Shown here piece after piece: positions 1-10,937 of a stretch of 64,000 nt of DNA. Made by a program: the position numbers and the translations under genes. Origin of the DNA: Lama glama (lineage: Eukaryota). The notes below the pieces were generated by a model. The model had not been told where the DNA came from. It searched no databases and saw only the letters and a program-made list of their open reading frames with translations. Position 1 is the first letter of the stretch; each line of letters begins with the position of its first letter. Location of the stretch: NCBI GenBank assembly GCA_028534125.1, contig CM052823.1, positions 60,140,001-60,204,000 of the forward strand, in the 5' to 3' direction.

Positions 1-557
1 CAGCCCTGTCCCCTTCATTACACTGCTTCAGTTGTCTGGACCTTGTCTTGGTTCCTCTAATACCCCATGTTCTTTCCTGCCTCGGGCTTTCACAGCTTTG
101 TAAACTTATTTGCTCATTTCTTGACCGAGCTAACTTATCTAATAGGTCTCATTAAACATTCCTATTGTCAGATGCCTTTCCCTGACCTTCTAGACTAGGT
201 TAGCATTATCTTTCACAGGTGCTTTCATAGCACCCTATCACTGTTCACAGCGTTCATCCCACTTTTGATTATTTGGCTAGTGTCTGATTGTTCAATTCCG
301 TTTATTCTGATAGACTTCTAATAAACATCATGAGGGTTGGAATATCATGTTCGATCATTTTATCTCCACACCTAGCTCAGTACATGGCCACAAAAAGTTC
401 ATTGGCTCCNNNNNNNNNNNNNNNNNNNNNNNNNNNNNNNNNNNNNNNNNNNNNNNNNNNNNNNNNNNNNNNNNNNNNNNNNNNNNNNNNNNNNNNNNNN
501 NNNNNNNNNNNNNNNNNNNNNNNNNNNNNNNNNNNNNNNNNNNNNNNNNNNNNNNNN

Positions 558-593
558 AACCCCACAGGCCGCTCTTACACCATCGGCCTCTAG
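558..593 (+). CDS. PRMT5: Protein arginine N-methyltransferase 5, C-terminal end of last coding exon (rest of exon hidden in N-run 410-557)
   Basis: Translates NPTGRSYTIGL*, the recognisable PRMT5 C-terminus. Position directly upstream of RBM23 on the same strand matches known synteny. Confidence 0.93.
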   Translation, partial: NPTGRSYTIGL

Positions 594-959
594 CCTTGTC
601 TGCAAGTGTCCAGAGCTTTAGAAGTTGCTTCAGGTTCTGTTCCTGTAGCACAGAAGATGCAGTACGCTGTGGGTGCTGATTGGCCTTGCCCATCAAGAGA
701 AGAGCGTTTCAGTCTGCTTTCCTACCTTATGGCAAGATGGGCAAAGGATGAGAATTGCAGGGCTCAAGCCACCAATCTGTGAAGACTTCACGCCAGGGCA
801 TGAGGAATTCTTGTTAGACCCGAGGCTACTCCAGCAGGCACTCAGCTTCAGGTGCTCCCTGGGATGGCCCTGAGAACATGTGGATTGAACATATTTTCAG
901 CCCTTTCCCCTTCCCATCTTTGTTCCTGTTTTGATGGCTTTGTGTAAGGAGGAAATACA

Positions 960-965
960 AATAAA
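960..965 (+). terminator. PRMT5: PRMT5 polyadenylation signal AATAAA
   Basis: First AATAAA about 370 nt after the PRMT5 stop, with U/GU-rich sequence downstream. A second AATAAA lies at about 1362. Confidence 0.7.
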
Positions 966-1879
966 GTGAAGTTATGGCCTTTCCTGTTCCAACCCTGCTG
1001 CCCCCTGCCTCTGCTTCTCCACCCATTACTTACACGTGTTCAGATTTGTGTTCTTGTCCAAGACTTGAAGGGGCCTGGAGTTTATTTCCTATTTAAGAAG
1101 CTTAGTGGTAACTCTTGGACTCCTGGGTATAGGCCTTTCTGACCAGCTACAGAGAGGTCTTGTCCATTAGGACCTGTGATTAGACTCTTCTCTGGGGAGA
1201 AGGAGTAGAGTTTGCCACCTTGGAGAAGGATGGGGTAGTGAGTGAAGCCAGCTTCCCTTTCAACTTCCTGAGCTGCTGCACTGCCAGCTCCTTTATTACC
1301 TCTTGGGAGAGAACTGGAAGTCATTCAGGCATGTCCAGCAAGAGGCCCTCTATTTTGTTTGAATAAAATCACAGGGTTAGCATTTGAAGCCCTTAAGAGA
1401 TAATCTAGTCCAATTCAACATTTTACAGAAGAGGAATTTGAAATTGTACGATGATACAAAATTGGTATTCAAATCAGGATTCAACACGGTTTTTCTGACC
1501 CAGTGGCTCTTCATGTTATAACCAGCTACTATATTAAGTAGCATCTATATTAAGTAGCTGAAGTCTCTTAGGGTTCTGGAAGCCCTTGGGACGTGAGGGT
1601 GGGCATAAGTTCCTTCTCTTTCTGATAAAAGGGCCGAGGACTGCTGCACACAAGGAGTCAACTGAGAAACTCCCAAGTTTACCCTTGCAGTGGGAGTGGT
1701 GTGGGGCACCGATTTGAACTGAAGGTAAGTGAGCTGTAAGACCAGGCAGAATGTGGAAGAAGACAAATCTGTGACAAGACCTGTCAGGTCCAAGCGCTGA
1801 GAGCAGGAGGTGTAGAGGCCGCCTGCACAGAATGGGGATGTGGAACCCAGCATCCTTCCCGATGTGGAGCAAATGCAGT

Positions 1880-2840
1880 TACTCTGCATAAAGCTGTGCG
1901 GGAGAAGTCCGACGGGACCCACTCGGCAAATCAGAGTAAAACTGGCCAAGGACGTCAATGGTACCTCCTCGTTGGCTCCGCCCACGCTGTCAGCCTAGTA
2001 TATAGGAGCGCCCGGGAATGGGACAGGAGGGTCCTTCTCTTCTGTTCCCTGCCCGGTTCCCCCGCCTTCCGCAAGTCTTCTAGCCAATGAGAGAGCGACG
2101 GGCGGTTACCTAAGGACGCTCCCACTTTCCCAGAGCCTCGGAAAGGTTAGCCAATCAATGGGAACTTGATGGTTGCTAAGAGACCTTTCAGCTTGGCTCC
2201 ACCCATATTTAGGACTTTAGCCAATGAAAACCTACAGTTTGGCCTGTTGCCGCGAAACCAGTGGCATTAGTTCCACCGCCTGAATGTTTCGGCGCCTGCG
2301 CAGATTGGGGAAGGTTCTGGAAGACAGCGGAGCTGCCGCCATTTTGCGGGAAGGTGAGTAGCTCCAGCTACAGTGCTGCTTTTCCTACTGGGTCTCTGGA
2401 AGAGTCTCGTGCTTCGGGTCCCCCAACACACCCAAAAGATCGGAGGGAACCGGGACCCCCCTGCGGGGACCCGGAACTGGTAAGAAACCCCGAAACTGGG
2501 TCCCCCGCGACGTCACCAATGCGTGACGTTGCCGTACGGCGCCTCCCCCTGACGTCACAGGCAGAAAATGGCGTCAAGAGCAGACTCGGGCAAACTTCAA
2601 ATTAAAAAAAAATTTTTGTTTACTTTGATCCAGAAGTGTTCACTACGTAACTGTAGTCCACTGGCATGGTTTTAGGGATCGGCACCCTAGTGGCTGTATC
2701 CTTTACCGATGAAGATGGTATTTCAAGGGTCCCAGTGACTGGTCTCCTAAAGGCCCCCGCAGCCCTGACGTTAAGGGTCTCCCAGACGGTGGAGGGAGCA
2801 TGGACCCACCGCGATCTCAGAGGTCTCGTGGGATCGGTTT
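1880..2840. promoter_or_regulatory. RBM23: RBM23 CpG-island promoter (CCAAT boxes, YY1, CRE)
   Basis: CpG-rich. TAGCCAAT with CCAAT at 2084, 2151 and 2221; YY1 GCCGCCATTTTG 2335-2346 and AAAATGGCG 2565-2573; CRE TGACGTCA 2550-2557. Confidence 0.85.
2290..2353 (+). other. RBM23: RBM23 non-coding exon 1 (5' end approximate)
   Basis: Strong donor AAG|GTGAGT at 2353/2354 inside the CpG island, just after the YY1 motif. The TSS cannot be determined from sequence. Confidence 0.7.
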
Positions 2841-3175
2841 TCAGTCCCTAGTGCCACCTTTCAGAGAGAGGTGAAGGAGTTGAGATTTCTCCCTCAATCT
2901 TCAGTCTCTGGAAGACTCATGTTCGCTATTTTTGACCACTAAATTTGACCACACATTCTGTGGCGGTGGCGTATAGTGAGGCCACACACGAGGTTTTAGT
3001 ATTGGGACACTGGCCCACGCAGAGATGCTGTCGGTCACTTGTAGGACCGTTTTTTGAAGCGTGGCCTTGGCTTGTTACACAACATGGGGAATGTTTTTTA
3101 TCTTTCTCATTGTTCCTGTTTTTAATTAAGCTGCCTTCAGTTTGGAGCTGTTTGTTCCCAGCTCAGTGACCGGAC

Positions 3176-3190
3176 CCAGGAGATGGCGCT
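3176..3190 (+). promoter_or_regulatory. Candidate CTCF site
   Basis: CCAGGAGATGGCGCT closely matches the CTCF core CCASYAGRKGGCRSY. Confidence 0.45.
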
Positions 3191-4603
3191 ACCATCACTC
3201 CTGGGACTCCAGAGTTTGGTGACTTCTGCCTGAATGAGGCTGACAGTGACAGTGGTTCTTCACTCCCCTTTGCCCCCACAGCAGTGGGCCTAAGTGCTGA
3301 CTTGGGTCTTGATAGTGCTGTGACAAGGTTCAGGCACTCTCATGATTGTGGGCCCTTAATGCAGTTTTTGGAGTAGGGTTGAAACAAAGCACAGTAGTGC
3401 TTTAATGGATGAGATTGAATGGACCATGGCCTGTAAGTTAGGACTTGAGTTTGAAAAGTCCATAGTGTTTGGGACATGACTGCTTTTAGGACATCTAGAA
3501 AGACAGACTAAACCCAAGGAGATCACAGATTTCAAAGTGTGCTGGTATTATACATGTCTGTGCTTAAATAGATTCATTTGTTTCTGAAGTCTGAAAGCTT
3601 TATACCATATGTAGAGGTTCATTTGTCGACTTAGATGAAAAGTTCTGTATGGTTAAGTTATCCCTGCTCTGTACTAGCATCCAACAAAGGGCAATTTTTG
3701 AAACCAGAAGCGTTTCATTTGGAGTTAACCGCAGACTGTAAAAAATAGTGAAGAGCTTTATGACACTTAGAAAATTTGTGTAGATTTGGCAGCCAAAATG
3801 AAAGGAACTGAGTTTGTAGATCAAAAACTTCCTTTTAGAACCATTTTCCCCACGATAGGCCAGATAGCATATATTAAAATCAGCCTTGTTCCTGATATTT
3901 TGAAGCATATACTGTTACATACTGAATATCTAGAAGTCCCACAATAAGGTATGACTAATAAGATTGAATCTTTTTATATACGTATTAGAACATTAATTCT
4001 CTAGACGAGAATATATTGAAAAATAGACATGTTGGTATGCTGGGTACTTTTACAAATTTCCTTTAAAGTTAAGTTATAAACCACATGAGAGAGAGGTAAC
4101 CTGATAGAACATTAATTTTGATCAAGGGTCAGCTCCTCCATTTGAGCTTTGTAACTTCAGGCGGTTCACGGAATCTCAGTTTTTTTGATCTGTGCATTAG
4201 ATCCAAAATCTGCCTATGGCATATGTTACTGTTGATTGCTAAATAAATGTTAGGTGTTAAGAGATTGACTTCAGTGGTTTTTAGGTATACTTATTTGATT
4301 TTGGTTTGATTTCCATTTTAAGCCTTAAATTTGGCTCCAAGTTAATTTTATTGTTTGGCTCTTTCCAAGAATCTTAACCTCTGTAACATGTTCAGCACAG
4401 TGTCTAGCAATAGTAGGTAGTATAAATGTTAGGTATAATGGTTAGTCTTATTAAGTCATCAGAATGGGCTGTGGACTCAGGGCAACCAGGACAGCATGAT
4501 TAGATGATGCATTAGCTGCTTTAAAGGGGACAAAGCTCTTGTGGATATGAAAGTCTGATTACCACTGGCCTCCTTGCATAGAAGTTCTTCAGATTAGTTG
4601 AGG

Positions 4604-4935
4604 TTTTTTTTTTTTTAGCTTTATTGAAGTATAACTGACATAAAATAAAACTGAACACATTGAAGTGTACAGTTTGCTGAGTTTTGATGTGTAAACACCA
4701 TGAAACCATCAAATTTCCAAAATGCCCTTTTGTAATCCTTTCCTCCTAGCCCCTCCCCACCTGTTCCTATCCCTAGGCAACCACTGATCTGCTTTCTGTC
4801 ACTACAGGTTAGTTTGCATTTTCTAGAATTTTATATAAATGAAATCATATAGTATGTGCTTTTTTTTTAATGTTTTCTCACTTGACGTAATTATTTTGAG
4901 ATTCAGCCATGTTACATATATTGATAGTTTCAGAC
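4604..4935 (-). mobile_element. LINE-1 (L1M-type) 3' fragment
   Basis: Poly-T followed by agctttattgaagtataactgaca...ggcaaccactgatctgctttctgtc...ttctagaattttatataaatg, the reverse complement of an old L1 3' UTR. Confidence 0.75.
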
Positions 4936-5705
4936 CAATAATTTTTGAATAATTTATCCTGTTGATTTTCTTTGGTGTCTTCTGTTTTTCTTATTTGACA
5001 GACCTGTGGTGGACAGACTTGGGAAAGACGATTGCTAGATGTGAAAACTTGGGGTAGGCCAGAAGTCTTACCCTGCCTGCCTAGATAGAAAGGCTTCAAA
5101 GTGGAACTGGTTGAGCCTGCCTTAATTACAGTCTTTCTGAGTTATTTAAATTCTAGTTGATACTGTACAAAAAATGCTTAATAATGAATCCCTCATTATT
5201 GATGTTTGGGTGGGGGAAGAACTTAGGGCAAATCTGCATTATTCTGGTGTTGCTTTGTCTTGTTCCTAATTTTTAGTCTTGCATTTTTATTTTTTTATTG
5301 AAAATATGTGCCAGTTTAAATTTAAACCAATTGTTTATTCAGAGTTTTGAACAGTAGAATGGAGGCCAAGTATCCATTGTAAAGTGAATAATACTTTTGA
5401 GTACCAACATTTTCTCTTCACAGGACAGGGTCTATATTGTATTTTGTTTCTACCTAGATACTCAGTTTCCTTCTAGACCCTTGACCTTTTCTAAGCGACA
5501 AAGCAGAACTAGTTCAGATCTGTAAGATGCAAAAATAAACCTAGGGTAAGCAACAGCCGGTAAGATCCCTTTGGAGTTCAAGAAACAGAACTGTATATCC
5601 TGAGGTCTGTTTCTTGGAGGGGGGAGGGGATGTGGGGTGCTGGAAGGGAGGAAAGATATAGATGAGGTTCTTATGTATTGATATCCTCTCCTCAGATCTG
5701 CTACA

Positions 5706-8700
5706 ATGGCATCTGATGACTTTGATATAGTGATTGAGGCCATGCTGGAGGCTCCTTATAAAAAAGAGGAGGTAATGTTCCCCACCTCACTCTTGGAATT
5801 GGGTTAGTAAGAAAAAACAGTTGTGGATCATCAGTTTCAACATTTTGTGAATTTTCTTTCCCTATTCGTTTATTATGTACAGTGGCTATTCGTAAAAGGC
5901 CTAGTCTTTTAGTAAGCTCTGCTGGAGATCCATGCTCAAGGGTGGTGCTTGCAGGGGGGGTCCCTAAAATGGCAGGGAGCAAATAATGTGGTGGGAGTGA
6001 GTGCTTTGCCTAGTTCTCAGTGACACAGTAGAAAGTCAGTGTATCTCAGACCTAACTCCTAAATAGATGTCAGTGGAACACATGTTGGGTAGCTAAAGTT
6101 TTGACTCTGAGCTCTTCTTTTTGGCTAGTTTCCTTCCTTCTCTATTCCCTTTGTTAGGCGATCCAGGTGCTCACAACTGTTTAAAAAATTGAGAGCATTG
6201 ATTTTATGAGCTTTCTTCCTTGTCCACTTTTGTTCTCTGTGCAATGGAATCTGTGTCATCTGGTACCTTATGGTCATTTTCCTGGCGAACCCCTCAGGAT
6301 GAGCAGCAAAGGAAAGAGATTAAAAAGGACAGCCCTAGCAACATCACCAACAGCACCAGCAGCACTGGCAGCAGTGGCAGTGGTACCAGTGGGAGCAGTG
6401 CCAGTGGGGAGGCAAGCAAGTGAGTGTGCGGGGAGGGAAATGGGTTGGCATCTTGGGGAAAGAAACAGCTGTGTCTGTTATAGAAACAGCCAGAACAGGG
6501 AGGTGGTTGCTCGACTTCTGACTTTTAGTAGTGGCACCACTGGGTCATGGGAATAATGGTGACTTGGTTTAATGATCTTCCAGTCTTCCCTTTCCAGTGT
6601 AGATTTGTGGACCGGTCCTAGCATCGATGTATTTCATTTGAATAAAATAGCAAGAGGACCTCTGATTTGGAAACACCAGCTTTTGCTTGGTTTGGTGGGG
6701 AATGACAGCATGTAGCGCTGTGTGTAAAGTGGTGTCGTGCCATTGATAGGGAACTACTGCCAGGTTGTCTTCTAGGTGGGGTGGTCTGTTACTGCTTTCT
6801 GTTTCATCCTGGCCTTTCTGTCATTCCTTTTCCTTATGAGAGATGCTGAAACCTCAGTAAGAAGTGTTTATACTCTCTTTCACAGAAAGAAGAGGAGCCG
6901 GAGCCATAGTAAAAGCAGGGATAGAAAACGCAGGTCAGTCATTCTAGGGACTGTTGGGTTTTGAGAATTATGAATGGAGAGATACCAGGGAAAGCTGTAC
7001 AGTAAAGGCCAGAAGAGGTTGGTTTGTTCTTTAAGAAACTTAATAGTCCTTTCTGGCAATAGTCATAGTCGAGACCGAGACCGGGATCGTCATCGGCGGA
7101 GAAGCAGTCGGAGCCGAAGTCGAGATCGGCAGCGTCATCACCGCAGCCGAAGCTGGGATCGTCGACATAGCAGTGAGTCACGAAGTCGAGACCGGCGTCG
7201 AGAGGATCGTGTGCGCTACAGGAGTCCATCGCTTGCAGCTGGGTATCACTTTTTGCTAATAAGATCACATTTGTGTCATAATCTGGGTAAAACAAACGCA
7301 CTGTGGTCCCTGCCTGCCTGAGGGTGCTTATAACCTGTTGTTGTGATAGGCAGGAGACCCAGTTCCTGGAGGGATGATGGTGAGAATTCACAAGAGAGAT
7401 AAGGTGCTGTAATCTGGTTTTCTCATGGCAGAAGCCCCAGCACTAGGCCAGTGTGAGTAAAGTTGGATAACGTGGTTTTCCATTTTGTTCTCTATTCCGT
7501 AGGCGCAGGTATGGACACAGTAAGAGTCCTCATTTCAGAGAGAAGAGCCCGGTCAGGTGAGTTGATTATGAGCACTCTTCTAGGGATTGTGAAATAGGAA
7601 TAAAAGGAGTTTGAACCAAACCACAAGAATGTGTAGTACTAGAGGGTAGCTGAAGTATGACGACCAAGTATTCGGAAGGAGTCTCAACAGATTCTACTTG
7701 CTCTTCAGGGAGCCTGTTGATAATCTGAGTCCTGAGGAGCGTGATGCCCGCACTGTGTTCTGTATGCAGTTAGCTGCCCGCATTCGGCCTCGAGACCTGG
7801 AGGACTTTTTCTCTGTAGTTGGCAAGGTAACCCTCTTCCCTCCTTAGTTTTCTCTGAGTAGCCTGTGTTCTATCCATCCCCCTTTATGCCCAACTCAGGA
7901 TTTCCTTTTTGCCCTGGATAGGTTCGCGATGTACGTATCATCTCAGATCGAAACTCACGTCGTTCTAAGGGCATTGCTTATGTGGAATTCTGTGAGATGC
8001 AGTCTGTGCCACTAGCCATTGGGTTGACGGGTCAGCGGCTGCTAGGAGTGCCTATCATTGTACAGGCCTCACAGGTGAGCAGGCTGTGAGCTGACATGAG
8101 ACGCTGGATTTGAAGGTGGTTGGTGTGGGACATGACCCATCATTTCCTCCCTCCTCAGGCTGAGAAAAACAGACTGGCAGCCATGGCCAACAACCTGCAA
8201 AAAGGCAGCGCTGGACCGATGCGTCTCTATGTGGGCTCCCTGCACTTCAATATCACCGAGGACATGCTCCGGGGAATCTTTGAGCCCTTTGGCAAAGTGA
8301 GTGGAAAGTGAAGGAAACCTCTGAAGGGAATTAGAAAAAGTGGGGAGGGTGGGTGTACCTCTTCATTCTGTCTGACCATGATTAACCCCCTACATGAGTC
8401 ATGATGGCCCAATTGGTCCATGCTAGGAAAGTTGGGCTCCATCTCGGTATTTATCCTGCTCAGGTGGCAGATTAGGCGCCATGAAATCAAACAGTGGGGT
8501 CCAGATTAAGAATAGTCAGAAAAAGTATTTGGGAAAAAGATGGCCTTTGTCTCTTTTTTTAAAAAAGATTTGGAGAGATGTATGGGTTGGCTGGAAAGTT
8601 AGAGGTACTTAGAACAGTCTGGGTAGGAAGGATCAAAGGTGTGTGTGAACTAAAAGATGACTGATAATTTCTTCTTATTCTGCAGATTGATAATATTGTC

Positions 8701-10937
8701 CTGATGAAGGACTCAGATACAGGCGGCTCTAAAGGTTATGGTTTCATTACGGTGAGTTTCTAGTCTTTTTTTAAATTTTAGTTTGGGTTGGGCCACTTGT
8801 CTGATTTTGCGGCTTAGCTTCNNNNNNNNNNNNNNNNNNNNNNNNNNNNNNNNNNNNNNNNNNNNNNNNNNNNNNNNNNNNNNNNNNNNNNNNNNNNNNN
8901 NNNNNNNNNNNNNNNNNNNNNNNNNNNNNNNNNNNNNNNNNNNNNNNNNNNNNCGGTATGGGGTGTCCAGGAGTTCAACCAGCTTCCCTGGAGCTACAAC
9001 TTGCTCTTTGGGTAATAGTAATGATTCCAGGCTGCAGCTAAGAGGTTGGGGGCATGAGGGAGGTTAGGTATGGGCTTTTATATACACACTTTATAGAATT
9101 GGTGTATTTTCATGGTGGGGTGGGAATTAAAAATTACGTATTTCCCTCTGAGGCTACCCAGTTTGAAGCAGTTTCTCCATTGAGAAATACCTTTTTTATT
9201 TAAATACCACTATGGGGAGAATAGTGTGGCCACCTGATAGTGGGCATGTCTCACCTTTTCCTGACACTCTAACAAAATTGTTTCCAATTCCCATAACTGG
9301 TTCTTCCAGCCTCATGTGACTCCAGGCTGAGGACTGGCTGCCAGACACAAAGTCTGATAGGAGCCAATATTTTCTGGGCTCAATCCAGGCAGCATACACC
9401 CCCACAGTTGCCTGCAGGGCAGAGGGGAGGTAGGTTGTGTTCTACCGTGAGGGTTGCTCATCTTAGAAGTATCCAGTAAAGGCAGGCCACTTACACCACC
9501 TGCCTAGTAACTGTCAGCACCACGTGCCAGGCCCTAGGGCAGGAAATACCAGAGTAAATAAAGCCAGCTGTGGTGTTCATGGTGGCAAGTACCTTTTCTA
9601 GCTCTCCATGTGACTCAGATGCGGAAAGGCTTCTGAGGGCCTTTTGCCCTTGTGTTGCTGCCTTTTAGGTCAACACCCTTGACACTTAAACAGCAGACTG
9701 GGAAGCATCTTTATGCCAAGCTGCTGCTGGGTGCTGCTTATGAAAGGAGCTAGAGAGTAGAGGCCCTGTGGTCAGCACATCAGAGTCAGCAGCACTGGGG
9801 TGGGGTGGGGGAGGAGTCTTGTGCTCTCAATACCAGGGTGTGCGCTGTCCTAAGGCTGGGCTCTGGAGTTCCATGTTCCTAGTTCTTGACTGAGAACTGA
9901 GACTTGCTGGTCCTGAGGGCTGAAGTAAAACGCTCAGGAGCCTTGGATCTCAGCCTGTCTTTCTTCCATTTGATAACACCCATTTGTGAAACAGATGTCA
10001 GGCTAGGCTCCCTACGGATGATAGACTTTTTGCATTGTTAGGTTCCCAGTGGAGCTGGAAGATTGAAAAGAGATCGCTATTGAGTCAGTTGGAAAGGTCC
10101 TGTTCAGAGAACCATTTTGGGAGATGGGGATCTTAGGCCACATTCCCTGGAAAAGAAAAGTTTGAGCCACAGTGAGCATGCAATTTTCCTGGGGTAATAG
10201 GACTAGGGAGTGTTAGTGGGGCTTGGAGAGCACATCTGTGGCCAGGAGGTATGTGATGTGACCTGGGTTTCTTGTAGTTCTCTGACTCTGAGTGTGCCCA
10301 GCGGGCCCTGGAACAGTTGAATGGCTTTNNNNNNNNNNNNNNNNNNNNNNNNNNNNNNNNNNNNNNNNNNNNNNNNNNNNNNNNNNNNNNNNNNNNNNNN
10401 NNNNNNNNNNNNNNNNNNNNNNNNNNNNNNNNNNNNNNNNNNNNNNNNNNNNNNNNNNNNAAATTGGCAGAAGGTAGGATTTCTCTGCAGAGTGAAGAAC
10501 ACAGGATTGAACTTTACATCAAGGGTTGGGATTTATCCCCACCTTTTCTTTCTCTTTAGGGTCTGGAATCCAGCTGCCAACCACGGCGGCTGCTGCTGCC
10601 GCTGCCGCCCAAGCTGCTGCCTTGCAACTGAATGGAGCAGTTCCTCTGGGGGCCCTGAACCCAGCAGCTCTGACTGGTCGACTTGCACTTGGGAAAGGGG
10701 GAGAAGAGTGGGGCCTGGAGGGCAGGAATGCCCTGTGCTCACTAACTCCTCTCTTTGTTTCAGCTCTGAGTCCAGCCCTGAACCTCGCCTCCCAAGCAAT
10801 TGCCTCCCAGTGCTTCCAGCTTTCCAGCCTCTTTACTCCCCAAACCATGTGAGTCTCAGGGCCCAGTTCTTTTCGGTGTTTCTAGTTGTTTTCTTTCCTT
10901 CGGATTCCTGTTGACGTCTTCTCACCACCACAGGTAA
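5706..10937 (+). CDS. RBM23: RNA-binding motif protein 23 (CAPER-beta; RS domain + 2 RRMs), 448 aa
   Basis: Coding exons 5706-5771, 6298-6419, 6886-6933, 7063-7242, 7503-7556, 7709-7826, 7922-8074, 8159-8296, 8686-8751, 10278-10473 (partly N), 10560-10676, 10764-10848, 10934-10937. All GT-AG, 1347 nt in frame. MASDDFDIVIEAMLEAPYKKEE...RS repeats...RTVFCMQLAARIRPRDLEDFF...RLYVGSLHFNITEDMLRGIFEPFGK...QCFQLSSLFTPQTM*. Confidence 0.97.

Noticed and set aside
288-696. ORFs spanning N-runs (here and at the other gaps)
   Set aside because: Their length is an artefact of Ns lacking stop codons.
1545-1985. 146-aa minus-strand ORF upstream of RBM23
   Set aside because: Non-ATG start and no recognisable domain. 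It lies in a divergent promoter region and is at most a non-coding antisense transcript.
8822-8960. Possible hidden RBM23 coding exon in this N-run (CG|GTATG at its right edge)
   Set aside because: Exon 11 (FSDSECAQRALEQLNGF...KLAE) is found at 10278-10473 and joins exon 10 in frame, so no coding exon is missing.
9621-9730. H/ACA sno/scaRNA interpretation of the intron 10 structure (UGAG in a loop)
   Set aside because: There is no single-stranded H box between two long hairpins and no ACA at the expected position. It is kept only as a generic structured element.
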